Below are positions 1 to 9,116 of a DNA stretch of 64,000 nt, piece by piece. The translations under genes and the position numbers were made by a program. The DNA comes from an uncultured Bifidobacteriaceae bacterium (GTDB lineage Bacteria > Verrucomicrobiota > Verrucomicrobiia > Limisphaerales > UBA11358): NCBI GenBank assembly GCA_964449815.1, contig CAYVGC010000001.1:15361-79360 (forward strand). Reading direction: 5' to 3'. The notes beneath the pieces are model-generated. The model saw only the letters and a program-made list of their open reading frames with translations. It searched no databases and was not told the origin of the DNA. The stretch's first letter is position 1. Each line of letters begins with the position of its first letter.

Positions 1-96
1 AGTTGATTTATTAAGCTGCTTCGCAACTTGAATCAAATCATCAAGCAACTCCTGATTTGAAGCGCTGCGTGAATCTGGTTTTAATTCAAATTTCAC
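1..96 (-). CDS. Partial CDS (N-terminus only, continues past the left window edge); hypothetical, possibly a homing-endonuclease-associated-repeat type N-terminus
   Basis: The reverse strand reads GTG(96..94)-KFELKPDSRSASNQELLDDLIQVAKQLNKST with no stop before position 1. The S-x-EELLDDL-x-VAK-x-L pattern resembles N-termini of HNH/homing-endonuclease-associated repeat proteins. Only about 32 codons are visible. Confidence 0.25.
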   Translation of the reverse strand, partial: MKFELKPDSRSASNQELLDDLIQVAKQLNKST

Positions 97-175
97 TTCG
101 GCATTTGCAACTTCACCTTCGCCGCCACCTGCGCCACGTCTTTGTCGCCGCGGCCGGAGAGGTTCACGATGATGA
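93..175. repeat. 83-bp direct-repeat copy of the trpB 3' end (distal copy)
   Basis: Hand alignment gives 81/83 identity to 597..679, the last ~27 codons plus stop of trpB. Mismatches are at 111 (C vs A) and 129 (C vs T). Confidence 0.9.
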
Positions 176-184
176 AATTATTTT

Positions 185-370
185 TCACGGTTCAGTAATT
201 CCCAAGTCCCGGCAGATTTTCCGGGCGAGAAACTTGTTGATCTCCGTGTGGCGCGGAACAGCGGAACGGAGATTTCTGGCCGGGTTGCCCCACCACGAAT
301 GATTGCCGCCTTCGCGGATGAGCACGCAACCCTGCGTTGCCAGATGCCGGATTAGCTCCCGCCGTTTCAC
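185..370 (-). CDS. hicA: Type II toxin HicA (mRNA interferase)
   Basis: 61 aa. The sequence REGGNHSWWGNPARNLRSAVPRHTEINKFLARKICRDLGI matches the HicA pattern (G-x-NH ... R-S-x-x-PRH-x-EI ... L-x-K-I-x-x-x-LG). The GTG start overlaps the hicB stop in a GTGA 4-nt overlap. Confidence 0.85.
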   Translation of the reverse strand: MKRRELIRHLATQGCVLIREGGNHSWWGNPARNLRSAVPRHTEINKFLARKICRDLGITEP

Positions 371-579
371 ACTAGGATGGCTTGTTCTTCGTAATCCTGT
401 TTGGCGGCAGCGAGCGCGTCCTCGCGGTTGAATTCCAATGCTTCTTTCAATGCCGAGCGAAGGTTCTTCAAAAGTTCGCCCCGGGTTTTACCCTGTGAAT
501 TGACGCCGGGAATTTCCTCCACCCAGCCAATCCACCAGCCTTCATCCTGTTTGATGATTGCATTAAACGTGCGTTTCAT
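367..579 (-). CDS. hicB: HicB-family antitoxin (UPF0150-like)
   Basis: 70 aa. The sequence FNAIIKQDEGWWIGWVEEIPGVNSQGKTRGELLKNLRSALKEALEF is a typical HicB/UPF0150 fold signature. It lies immediately upstream of hicA and is translationally coupled to it. Confidence 0.8.
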   Translation of the reverse strand: MKRTFNAIIKQDEGWWIGWVEEIPGVNSQGKTRGELLKNLRSALKEALEFNREDALAAAKQDYEEQAILV

Positions 580-596
580 GATTGAACTTTACTGAA

Positions 597-679
597 TCAC
601 TTCGGCATTTGCAAATTCACCTTCGCCGCCACTTGCGCCACGTCTTTGTCGCCGCGGCCGGAGAGGTTCACGATGATGA
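597..679. repeat. 83-bp direct-repeat copy (proximal copy, the genuine 3' end of trpB)
   Basis: Partner of 93..175. Together they bracket 176..596, which contains only hicBA. Confidence 0.9.
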
Positions 680-1811
680 GCGCGTCCTTGGGCATTTTCG
701 GCGCGCGCACCATGCACTCGGCCACGGCGTGGGCGCTTTCCAGCGCGGGGATGATGCCTTCCAGCCGCGCGAGTTTCATGAAGGCGGCGAGCGCCTGGTC
801 GTCGGTGGCGTAGGTGTATTCGGCGCGGCTGGCGTCGCGCAACCACGCGTGTTCCGGCCCGACGGCGGCGTAATCGAGTCCGGCGCTGACGCTGTGCGTG
901 GATTGGATCTGGCCGAATTCGTCCTGCAAAATGTAGCTGCGCGTGCCCTGCAACACGCCGAGCGAGCCGCCCTGAAACCGCGCCGCGTGCTGTTCGGGCC
1001 TGATGCCGAGGCCGCCCGCTTCCACGCCGACGAGCTTCACGGATTTGTCGTCGAGGAATGGATAAAACAGGCCGATGGCGTTCGAGCCGCCGCCGACGCA
1101 GGCGATGAGCATGTCCGGCAGGCGCTTTTCCTTTTCCAAAATCTGCGCGCGCGCCTCGTCGCCGATGATGCGCTGGAAATTCCGCACCATCACCGGATAC
1201 GGATGCGCGCCGTAAGCCGTGCCGAGAATGTAATGCGTGCTGCGGAGGTTCGTCACCCAGTCGCGCATGGCTTCGTTGACGGCTTCCTTCAAGGTTTTTT
1301 GGCCCGCGTGGACCGGCACGACTTCCGCGCCGAGCATCTTCATGCGATACACGTTGAGTTCCTGCCGCTGGCAATCCACCGCGCCCATGTAGATGACGCA
1401 TTTCATCCCGAACATCGCGGCGACCGTTGCGGATGCAACACCATGTTGCCCCGCGCCGGTCTCGGCGATGATGCGGGTCTTGCCCATGCGCTTGGCGAGC
1501 AGGATCTGGCCGATGGCGTTGTTGATTTTGTGCGCGCCGGTGTGGTTGAGGTCTTCGCGCTTGAGATATATCTTCGCGCCGCCGAGTTCCTTGGTCAGTC
1601 GTTCGGCGAAATAAAGCGGCGTGGGCCGGCCGACGAATTCGGTGAGATAATATGAAAGCTCGCGCTGAAATTCGGGGTCGTGTTGCGCGCGGAAGTATTC
1701 GGCCTCCAGCTCTTGCAACGGGTGCATCAGCGTTTCGGGCACATAACGTCCGCCGTAGGGACCAAAGTGGCCTTGGGCGTCGGGAAGATTCAAATTGGCA
1801 ACTGCGCTCAT
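597..1811 (-). CDS. trpB: Tryptophan synthase beta chain
   Basis: Contains [15 protein letters not shown] and the PLP-lysine motif [11 protein letters not shown], plus GGGSNAIG. The track ORF begins at a TTG at 1829. The ATG at 1811 ([17 protein letters not shown]) is the more likely start. Confidence 0.95.
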   Translation of the reverse strand: MSAVANLNLPDAQGHFGPYGGRYVPETLMHPLQELEAEYFRAQHDPEFQRELSYYLTEFVGRPTPLYFAERLTKELGGAKIYLKREDLNHTGAHKINNAIGQILLAKRMGKTRIIAETGAGQHGVASATVAAMFGMKCVIYMGAVDCQRQELNVYRMKMLGAEVVPVHAGQKTLKEAVNEAMRDWVTNLRSTHYILGTAYGAHPYPVMVRNFQRIIGDEARAQILEKEKRLPDMLIACVGGGSNAIGLFYPFLDDKSVKLVGVEAGGLGIRPEQHAARFQGGSLGVLQGTRSYILQDEFGQIQSTHSVSAGLDYAAVGPEHAWLRDASRAEYTYATDDQALAAFMKLARLEGIIPALESAHAVAECMVRAPKMPKDALIIVNLSGRGDKDVAQVAAKVNLQMPK

Positions 1812-1859
1812 GGTTTCATTTTCACGCAAAGGCGCGAGGCGCGCAAAGAATTTTCCGGC

Positions 1860-2246
1860 TCAAAGCGAAAGGTTGCGGATGGCTTCCGCCAGGTTTTCGC
1901 AAGTGACGATCTGGGGATGATGCGGGTAATGAAATACGGTCAGGATGTTCATGCCGATGTCCTTGCCGGGATTGGGAATCACGCGGACGATCAAGCCCAC
2001 GCCGCTTTGGTCAATCAAATCCATTGTCCGGCCAATTTCCGTTGCGCATTCGGGATCCATGGATTCCACCTGGCTGAACTCCACCAGCAGGCGAAAGCCC
2101 GGCGACAAATCCGCGAGCAGGGTCTTGACGTCCTCCCGCGCAAGCTTCAACTCACCGGGCTGAACCCGCTGGATGTAATTCAAGCAGAGCAGCCGTTTGG
2201 TTTTGTTTGAGGTGGCCAGAAACATCCAGCCAGAGTAGTCCTTCAC
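1860..2246 (-). CDS. Hypothetical protein, possibly STAS/SpoIIAA-like
   Basis: 128-aa ORF with coding-like composition between trpB and dprA. The weak STAS-like resemblance is by eye only. The start is uncertain (GTG 2246 or ATG 2225). Confidence 0.4.
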   Translation of the reverse strand: MKDYSGWMFLATSNKTKRLLCLNYIQRVQPGELKLAREDVKTLLADLSPGFRLLVEFSQVESMDPECATEIGRTMDLIDQSGVGLIVRVIPNPGKDIGMNILTVFHYPHHPQIVTCENLAEAIRNLSL

Positions 2247-2436
2247 AAGTCAGACCGCAAATCTGGCGTGACCGGGGCTTCAGGTTTTTCTGCAATGCCG
2301 GCCTGTTTTGCGCGCGGCGGCTGAAGTGCCTGGGCGATTGCAGCAGTCGTAGCCGGATGCCGGTATAGTCCAGCAGAAAGAACATGTCGGCCGCAGATCA
2401 TGCTTCAACGCCTCACCTGCTCTACGAACGTGCAAC

Positions 2437-3546
2437 TTACCGGTTCCTCACGAACAATTTTCCGGGCAACTGTTTCACCAGTCGTTTCATTTCCAGACTG
2501 AACAGCGCCACGCTGACCATCGAGCTTGGCAGACCGCTCGCCCGGATGACTTCGTCAATCGTCGTCTCATCGTTGGCTGTTACGGCGTCGAAAACCAACT
2601 GTTCGTTCTCAGACAGTTCCAGCGCGGGCAGCACGCCCGTGTCGCCCGCCGACGGCGGCTTGTTGCTGGCCGGAAAGAGATACTCAAACTCGCTGAGAAT
2701 GTCCTCGACGCCTTCGCAGAGCTTCGCGCCTTTTTTGATGAGGTCGTGACAGCCCTTGCTGCGCGGCGAATCAATCCGCCCCGGCACCGCGAAAATCTGC
2801 CGGCCATACTCCGTCGCAAAATTCGCGGTGATGAGCGCGCCGCTGGAAAGGCTAGCCTCGACCACCACAGTGCCCAAAGTCATGCCCGCGACAATGCGGT
2901 TGCGGATCGGAAAAGATTGTTTGTCCGCCGGCCGGTTGAACGGAAATTGCGTGATCACCGCGCCGTTCGCCGCGATGCGCTCGAACAGTTCTGCATTTTC
3001 CGGCGGCGCGACGAGATTAATTCCGGTGCCAAGCACTACAATCGTCCGGCCCTTGCCGCTCAGCGCGCCCTGATGCGCCGCCGTGTCAATGCCGCGCGCC
3101 CCGCCGCTCACCACCGTCACGCCGGTGTAGGCGAGCTGATACGCCAGCTTGCGCGCCGTCTCGATGCCGTAATGCGTGGTCATGCGCGAGCCGACCATCG
3201 CCACGGCGTTTTTGTCCTTGGCGGTCAATTCGCCCTGGACGTAAAGCACCAGCGGCGGATCGTAAATTTCGCGGAGCAGCGCCGGATAATTTTCATCCGA
3301 CTGGATCAGGACGTGGCAGCCGAAATCCCCGATGCGCTTCAATTCCCCCGCGAGGTCCACGGCATTTTCCCAGCCGGAAATCTTCTCCGCCGTGTCCTCG
3401 CCGATGTTGCGGACGCGGAGCAACTCCGGTTTGGAAGCCGCAAGGATCTTAGGCGCGCCGCCAAAATGTTCCAGCAGCGACCGGGCGCGCACCGGCCCGA
3501 CGCCTTCGATCAAATTCAGCGCGATGAATGCTTCCCGCGAATCCAT
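2437..3546 (-). CDS. dprA: DNA-processing protein DprA (Smf)
   Basis: N-terminal HhH-like region, a Rossmann core (AMVGSRMTTHYGIETARKLAYQLAYTGVTVVSGGARGIDTAAHQGAL, with FPIRNRIVAG), and a C-terminal winged-helix-like tail. Confidence 0.9.
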   Translation of the reverse strand: MDSREAFIALNLIEGVGPVRARSLLEHFGGAPKILAASKPELLRVRNIGEDTAEKISGWENAVDLAGELKRIGDFGCHVLIQSDENYPALLREIYDPPLVLYVQGELTAKDKNAVAMVGSRMTTHYGIETARKLAYQLAYTGVTVVSGGARGIDTAAHQGALSGKGRTIVVLGTGINLVAPPENAELFERIAANGAVITQFPFNRPADKQSFPIRNRIVAGMTLGTVVVEASLSSGALITANFATEYGRQIFAVPGRIDSPRSKGCHDLIKKGAKLCEGVEDILSEFEYLFPASNKPPSAGDTGVLPALELSENEQLVFDAVTANDETTIDEVIRASGLPSSMVSVALFSLEMKRLVKQLPGKLFVRNR

Positions 3547-3682
3547 GCCGTTTGATAACGGCTGGCGAGAAAGGCTGCAAGCAATGTTTTCCGCGTCCGG
3601 CGGCCAGGAGGCGTCCGCCCTCGAAAGAGCGGCTCGCCGTCGCCCGGCTTTATGGCTGGTCAGCCGTTCCCGCAGCGGCTGG

Positions 3683-6232
3683 TCAGGTCAAACTTCCAAT
3701 TCGCCGCAGGCGCAAGGCTGGTCCGTTCAGCTTTCGGGACTGAGCCAGGTCCACCTCGAACTCAGCCACCCAATCGTTATGTGCTTCCGGGTCCACAAGC
3801 ATTTGTTGCACGCGCCAGGATTTTTTATCGTCGGCTGGCGTGACGTAGGTGTGGCGCGCATTGCGGGCATTCGGATCCAGGCAGAGCCGTTCATGGTCGG
3901 TTTCGTAAACTTCCATGATTTTGTCCAGGCGGTCAGAATTCCACGATGCGCCCGCGGCATCCAGCGGTGAATCCAGATTCGCGATGGCCGTTTCGTAATC
4001 GGCCACCACCAGTCCGCGCAGAAAAATAAAAATCCGGTTGCGGATTGCGGCGGTAAAATTTTTCACGTCGCGCGTAATGTCGGCGGCGGCTTCCTCGGCG
4101 CCGGGCGGCCGGACCTCCTTGGTTTCGCCGGGGCGATAATTCGTGTCGCGCATTTTCTCCCACTCATCAAGCAGGCTGGAATCCACCTGCCGGATCATCG
4201 TGCCGAGATAGAGTTCCATCTCGCGGACCTGGTCGTTCTTGGCGGTGTCGGGCACGGTTTGCGCGAGGACTTTGAAGACGCTGTTCAGATGCCGCAGCAA
4301 AATGCCCTCGGCGCGCTGCAATTCGTAGAGCTTGATGTAATCGGCGAAAGAGCGAAATTCCTCGAACATCTCCCGCGCGATGGATTTCGGATGAATGTTC
4401 TCCTCGCCCACCCACGGATGCCGCGCGGCAAAATCATTGAACGTGGAATACACAAACTCGCGGTTCGGCTTCGGGTGTTCCAGCTTCTCCAATTCTTCGA
4501 TGCGCTTGTCATATTCAATTCCTTCCATTTTCATCTCGGCCATCTTCTGATCCTTCACTTTGTCGAGTTGTTTACGGAGAATGATGTCCGGGTCTTCGAG
4601 AATGGACTCGACCAGCGTGAGCAAAACGAGCGCATAATCCGGCGCTTGCGGGTCCATGAGCGGAAGCGTTTCAATTAGATACAACGACAACGCCTGATCC
4701 ATGGAAAAATCGTCCTGCAACTCGACGTTCACGCGCAAATGCGCGCCATCTTCGGTTTTGGGAATAAACTCCACGATCTTGCGGTCCAGCAGCGAGCGGA
4801 ACAATTGCCACGCGCGCTTGAGGTGCGCCTGTTTCTGGCGCGGCGGTTCGTGGCAATCGCGAATGAGCTTCTGCATCGCGGCGCAGCCGTCGCCTTTCCG
4901 GCTGAGGACATTCAACAACATGCCATGCGTGACCTGGAAGCGGGAGGTCAGCTTTTCCGGCGGCGCGGCGATGAGACGGGCAAAAGTATTCTTGTCCCAG
5001 TTGACAAAATTCTTTTCCGGCGGCTGGCGCTTCACGGTTTTCTTGCCGTCGCGCGCTGTTTTCTCCGCGAGTTTGAGATTTTCGATCACATGCTCCGGCG
5101 CCTGCGCCACGACCCAGCCCTGGTCGTCAAAACCTTTTCGCCCGGCGCGGCCGCCGATCTGGTGAAAACCCCGCGCGGTCAGGATGCCGGTCTTCTGTCC
5201 GTCAAACTTGCACAGCCGCGTGAACAGCACCGTGCGGATCGGGACGTTGATGCCGACGCCAAGCGTGTCCGTGCCGCAAATGACCTTGAGCAATCCTTTT
5301 TGCGCGAGCTGCTCGACCAGCACGCGATACTTCGGCAGCAGGCCGGCGTGATGCAGGCCGATGCCGTGTCGCAACCATTTTTTTATTTCCGGGCCGTAAG
5401 GACTGGTGAACTTGAATCCTTCAAGCACGTTCGCGATCGCGGCTTTTTCGTTGCGTGTGCAAACATTGATGCTCGTAAAATCCTGCGCACTCTGCGCCGC
5501 CTCCAGTTGCGTAAAGTGGACGACATACACCGGCGCACGTCCGCTGGCGACGAGACTTTCCAGCGTCTTGGCCAGCGGCAGTTCTGAATACTCAAATGCC
5601 AGCGGAACGGGCCGGTCCGTGGAAATGACTGAAATGGTCGGCCGCCCGGTGAGCCGCGTGAGTTCCGCCTCAAAAAAAGTCGTGTCGCCGAGCGTCGCGG
5701 ACATCAGCAGAAAACGCGCCTGCGGCAGCGTCAGCAATGGCACCTGCCACGCCACGCCGCGTTCGCGGTCGGCGTAATAATGAAATTCGTCCATCACCAC
5801 GTCCTGCACGTTGGCCGCCGCGCCTTCGCGCAGCGCGATGTTGGCGAGGATTTCCGCCGTGCAGCAAAGGATGGGCGCGTCGCGGTTGACCGAAGCATCG
5901 CCGGTGCTCAACCCGATGTTGTCCGGCCCGAACTCGCGGCACAGCGCCATGAACTTTTCATTCACCAGCGCCTTGATGGGACAGGTGTAAATCGAACGCC
6001 GGCCCTTGGCGATGGCCTGAAAGTGCAGCGCCATGGCGACGAGCGATTTGCCGGAGCCGGTGGGCGTGTTGAGGATGACGTTTTTTTCGTCGAACAATTC
6101 CAGGATGGCGGATTCCTGCGCGGGATAAAGCTGCAGCCGCCGGCCCGCCGCATATTCCAGAAAGCGACCAAGCAGCAAATCATTGCTGACTTTTCCATCG
6201 CGTGGAATCAGATCGTAAAGTGTCGCTGCCAC
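3683..6232 (-). CDS. DEAD/DEAH-box (Ski2-like) helicase with a DUF3516-type C-terminal region
   Basis: Walker A TPTGSGKS, a DEFH box (VVMDEFHYY), SAT (MSATLG), and motif VI ([10 protein letters not shown]). The long alpha-helical C-terminus is typical of DUF3516 helicases. GTG start. Confidence 0.85.
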   Translation of the reverse strand: MAATLYDLIPRDGKVSNDLLLGRFLEYAAGRRLQLYPAQESAILELFDEKNVILNTPTGSGKSLVAMALHFQAIAKGRRSIYTCPIKALVNEKFMALCREFGPDNIGLSTGDASVNRDAPILCCTAEILANIALREGAAANVQDVVMDEFHYYADRERGVAWQVPLLTLPQARFLLMSATLGDTTFFEAELTRLTGRPTISVISTDRPVPLAFEYSELPLAKTLESLVASGRAPVYVVHFTQLEAAQSAQDFTSINVCTRNEKAAIANVLEGFKFTSPYGPEIKKWLRHGIGLHHAGLLPKYRVLVEQLAQKGLLKVICGTDTLGVGINVPIRTVLFTRLCKFDGQKTGILTARGFHQIGGRAGRKGFDDQGWVVAQAPEHVIENLKLAEKTARDGKKTVKRQPPEKNFVNWDKNTFARLIAAPPEKLTSRFQVTHGMLLNVLSRKGDGCAAMQKLIRDCHEPPRQKQAHLKRAWQLFRSLLDRKIVEFIPKTEDGAHLRVNVELQDDFSMDQALSLYLIETLPLMDPQAPDYALVLLTLVESILEDPDIILRKQLDKVKDQKMAEMKMEGIEYDKRIEELEKLEHPKPNREFVYSTFNDFAARHPWVGEENIHPKSIAREMFEEFRSFADYIKLYELQRAEGILLRHLNSVFKVLAQTVPDTAKNDQVREMELYLGTMIRQVDSSLLDEWEKMRDTNYRPGETKEVRPPGAEEAAADITRDVKNFTAAIRNRIFIFLRGLVVADYETAIANLDSPLDAAGASWNSDRLDKIMEVYETDHERLCLDPNARNARHTYVTPADDKKSWRVQQMLVDPEAHNDWVAEFEVDLAQSRKLNGPALRLRRIGSLT

Positions 6233-6381
6233 AAGACACGCACTTTATTGGTTATTGGCACGACTGAAAAGGAAGATGACAAATGGGAAGCAACACGATC
6301 ACCGCCAGAGCGGCGCCCGGATTCCTTGTAAAATGTCAACCTGGCGAATGGCTGCTCAGACAAGGCCGGGTTTTGAAATCA

Positions 6382-7650
6382 TTAGACGCCGCCAATCCAC
6401 TTGCGGTCTTCCCAAACGGCCCGGAGCGAAGTCAGGTTGCGCGAATCAAAGATATTTTTGGCAGCCGCCGCGATTTTGCCCTGTTTCAAATGGTTGAACG
6501 CGTCGCTGGCGCTGATGGCGACGAATTGCAGCACGCTCGGATCGCGGTAGCAGTCAATCATGCAGCGCGTGCAGCCGTCGCGGATGAGCTTCGAGTCGTC
6601 CCATTCCCAGACCTTGCACATCGGCTTCTCCCAGAAATGGCAGCGATACAAATCCAGCTTCCAGTCGAGGTAAAAATACTTGTGCCCGCCGAGGCAGCCG
6701 AATTTTTCCTTTTCGCCGCGCAGATGCCGCTGCATTTCGTCGAGGGATTCCCTTGGGTTCACGACGGGAAAACCGCTGTTCCGTTTCATCTGCTTGATTT
6801 TTTCGAACAGTTGAAGGAGTTCGTCCCTGGAAAAATTCACCAGGCCGCTGTCGCTGAAACTCAAATAGCTGCTCGCCAGCGATGTCAGCGGATAACTAAA
6901 CGTGCAGCTTCTGAAATCGAGCGATTCCAAAAACAGCGGCAACTTTTCAAAGTCGTCAATCAGCCGGCTGGCGGTGATGCTCGCCGTGGTTTGGATGCCG
7001 ACGGAATGGAAAAATTCGTTTGCGTGCTTGATTTTTTTGCAGACCGCCGGCAGGCCGCGGTTCGTTTCGTGCTTGGTGATGTCGTGCGCATCAATGGACA
7101 TGATGACACTGGTCAGACCGTCGCTGACGAGGCCGCGCATGTTTTCGTCATTCCACAAACCGCCGTTCGTGCAAATCATCGGATGAATCCCGCGCTCGGC
7201 AGCATAGCGCGTCATGGCACGCAAGTCGCGATGCACCATCGGTTCGCCGCCCACAAAGAGCAGATAGCCGATGTGATTTTTCAACGCGACGTCCACCACG
7301 CGCTTCGCCTCGTCGAGCGTCACGCTGCGGCGCGCTTTGGGATCAAACTTCGAGCGCGCGAAACCGCAGAAGCCGCAGTCGGCATTGCAGATGTTTGTAA
7401 TGGCAAACTGCAGATAGCCCGGTCCGCCGTGCTTCAAGACCTCTTTGAAAAGTGTGAACGTGCCTGTTTTTTTGCGAACCACCGGCACGGCGGAGTCAGT
7501 TGCCGGATTTTTGATTTCCGCCAAGTCCGGACTGGTTGTGGTTGAAATATTACTGGTCACAAACTGAGCCAGTTTGATGGCAAGAAAGGCTGCGGGCAAA
7601 CCATCTTTCACCTGCGAACCATTTCTGGCCGCGATTTTCGCTTTGCGCAA
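6382..7650 (-). CDS. Radical SAM protein with a Cys-rich (SPASM/twitch-like) C-terminus
   Basis: CxxxCxxC cluster in ITNICNADCGFCGFARS and a GGEP motif (FVGGEPMV). C-terminal cysteines lie in CLGGHKYFYLDWKLDLYRCHFW...GCTRCMIDC. There is no ATG near the 5' end, so the start is an alternative codon (TTG 7650 or an internal GTG). Confidence 0.8.
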   Translation of the reverse strand: MRKAKIAARNGSQVKDGLPAAFLAIKLAQFVTSNISTTTSPDLAEIKNPATDSAVPVVRKKTGTFTLFKEVLKHGGPGYLQFAITNICNADCGFCGFARSKFDPKARRSVTLDEAKRVVDVALKNHIGYLLFVGGEPMVHRDLRAMTRYAAERGIHPMICTNGGLWNDENMRGLVSDGLTSVIMSIDAHDITKHETNRGLPAVCKKIKHANEFFHSVGIQTTASITASRLIDDFEKLPLFLESLDFRSCTFSYPLTSLASSYLSFSDSGLVNFSRDELLQLFEKIKQMKRNSGFPVVNPRESLDEMQRHLRGEKEKFGCLGGHKYFYLDWKLDLYRCHFWEKPMCKVWEWDDSKLIRDGCTRCMIDCYRDPSVLQFVAISASDAFNHLKQGKIAAAAKNIFDSRNLTSLRAVWEDRKWIGGV

Positions 7651-7671
7651 GCACGGTGAAGAGTCTAGAGT
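7643..7671 (+). promoter_or_regulatory. Candidate sigma-70 promoter of tRNA-Gln
   Basis: TTGCGC (7643..7648), a 17-nt spacer, then TAGAGT (7666..7671). The -10 element ends 10 nt before the tRNA 5' end. Confidence 0.4.
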
Positions 7672-7681
7672 TAGGCTGGTT

Positions 7682-7755
7682 TGTCCGATGGTGTAATGGT
7701 AACACAGCGCCCTTTGGAGGCGTTATTCATGGTTCGAATCCATGTCGGACAGCCA
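7682..7755 (+). tRNA. tRNA-Gln (anticodon UUG), CCA encoded
   Basis: Hand-folded cloverleaf. Acceptor stem TGTCCGA/TCGGACA, D stem GTGT/ACAC, anticodon stem GCGCC/GGCGT with loop CTTTGGA (anticodon TTG), T arm CATGG-TTCGAAT-CCATG, discriminator G, then CCA. Total 74 nt. Confidence 0.9.
7730..7755. repeat. att core, tRNA-proximal copy (attL/attR)
   Basis: Identical to 14764..14789 over 26/26 bp. Confidence 0.85.
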
Positions 7756-7788
7756 ATTTTATCAATGAAAATGCGGGTTCTGTGGATG

Positions 7789-7808
7789 TTTGCACAGAAT
7801 TTGCACAG
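7789..7808 (+). promoter_or_regulatory. Two TTTGCACAG motifs spaced 11 bp apart (candidate integrase/Xis arm-type sites)
   Basis: TTTGCACAG at 7789..7797 and 7800..7808, between the att core and the integrase start. The same motif array occurs at the other island end. Confidence 0.5.
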
Positions 7809-7835
7809 CAACCGGCTCGACCTGCTGACCGTCGC

Positions 7836-9116
7836 GTGAGATTCCCTGTCACCATCCGACACCGCGCTAGCAGCGCGAAGATTTACGCGCCTGCCGGGAA
7901 GTTCGCCTACTACCGCGTCGCCTACGCCACGGCGGGCAAACGCCGGATGCAGACCTTCGCCGCCTATTCCGACGCCAAAGCCGCCGCCGAACGCATCGTG
8001 CGGGAACTGGCGAACGGATCACAGGCCGCCGCACTCAACGCCAGCCAGTCCCGCGACGCCCTTGCCGCCTTTGAACGGCTGGACGGCTTCTTCAAATCCA
8101 AAGGGAAGCGCGTCAGCCTCAATACCGCCGTGGCGGACTATCTGGATGCGGTTGGCAGGTTGAATGTCCCGTTGTCCGCAGCCGTGACGGGTTATTTGAA
8201 CACCGTGGCGACGGTCAAGCGCATGGACCTGGCCGCAGCCGTGAAAGAGTTTGTTGACGGGCGCGAGGCCGAGACAAAATCGGTGAACGGCAAGAGGCCG
8301 GAATTGAGCAAAAGCTATTTCCTCAATACGAAGCTCTGGCTTGGCTGGTTTGAAAAAACCTTTCCGGCAACGGCGGTTTGCGACCTGACAAGGGAGCATC
8401 TCGACTTGTTCATGGCCGGGCGCAGCCACCTTGCCGCCAAGTCCAAGAATCATCTTCGCGCCACGGTGAAGATGTTTTTGAACTGGTGCATCAAGAAAGA
8501 TTATTTGCCCGCGAACCACCGCTTGATGGATGCGTCTGGCATGAAGCGGCAAAAAGCCGACAGCGGCGAAACGGATTATTTCCGCCCGGCTGAATTGCGT
8601 GCCATGCTGGATGCGGCAGACGATACCATGCGACCGATTATCGCGCTGCAAGGTCTGGCCGGGATTCGACTGCAAGAAGCCCAGCGGCTGACGTGGCAGG
8701 ATGTTTTCAGCGTGGCGGGACACGTCGCCATTTCCGCCACGAAATCCAAGACCCGCAGCCGCCGCTTGGTTGAAATCTGCCCGGCATTGGCCGCGTGGCT
8801 TGAACCCTACCGCCAGCATGAAGGCGCGTTGTGGACACAGAGCCGCGACACCTACCACGCGGCGTTTGTCGAACTCCGCGAGTCCCAAAAAATCCCGGCG
8901 CGGAAAAATGGATTGCGCCACGGTTTTTGCACCTACCACTTCGCGCTGCATGACAATGAAAATTTGACGGCGGCACAGGCTGGAAACAGTCCTACCGTGA
9001 TTCATTCGGCATACAAAGGGCTGGCGACAAAAGCAGAGGCGAAAAAATGGTTCAAAGTTTTGCCGCCGAAGGCCGCCAAGAATGTGATTCCGCTGCCAGC
9101 GGCAAAAAATGCCTGA
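7836..9116 (+). CDS. Tyrosine recombinase / phage-type integrase
   Basis: The C-terminal catalytic region contains GIRLQEAQRLTWQDV (Arg), LRHGFCTYH (His/Arg region) and a terminal SAYKG (Tyr). The track ORF starts at 7656 and overlaps the tRNA, so an in-frame GTG at 7836 downstream of the tRNA is proposed. The start remains uncertain. Confidence 0.85.
   Translation: MRFPVTIRHRASSAKIYAPAGKFAYYRVAYATAGKRRMQTFAAYSDAKAAAERIVRELANGSQAAALNASQSRDALAAFERLDGFFKSKGKRVSLNTAVADYLDAVGRLNVPLSAAVTGYLNTVATVKRMDLAAAVKEFVDGREAETKSVNGKRPELSKSYFLNTKLWLGWFEKTFPATAVCDLTREHLDLFMAGRSHLAAKSKNHLRATVKMFLNWCIKKDYLPANHRLMDASGMKRQKADSGETDYFRPAELRAMLDAADDTMRPIIALQGLAGIRLQEAQRLTWQDVFSVAGHVAISATKSKTRSRRLVEICPALAAWLEPYRQHEGALWTQSRDTYHAAFVELRESQKIPARKNGLRHGFCTYHFALHDNENLTAAQAGNSPTVIHSAYKGLATKAEAKKWFKVLPPKAAKNVIPLPAAKNA

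Noticed and set aside
6244-6262. TGGCAC-containing sigma-54-like sites. This one reads TTGGCACGACTGAAAAGG; others are at 20686..20703 and 47523..47539.
   Set aside because: The -12 GC is absent or mis-spaced relative to the -24 GG, and one of the sites lies inside the glmS coding sequence.
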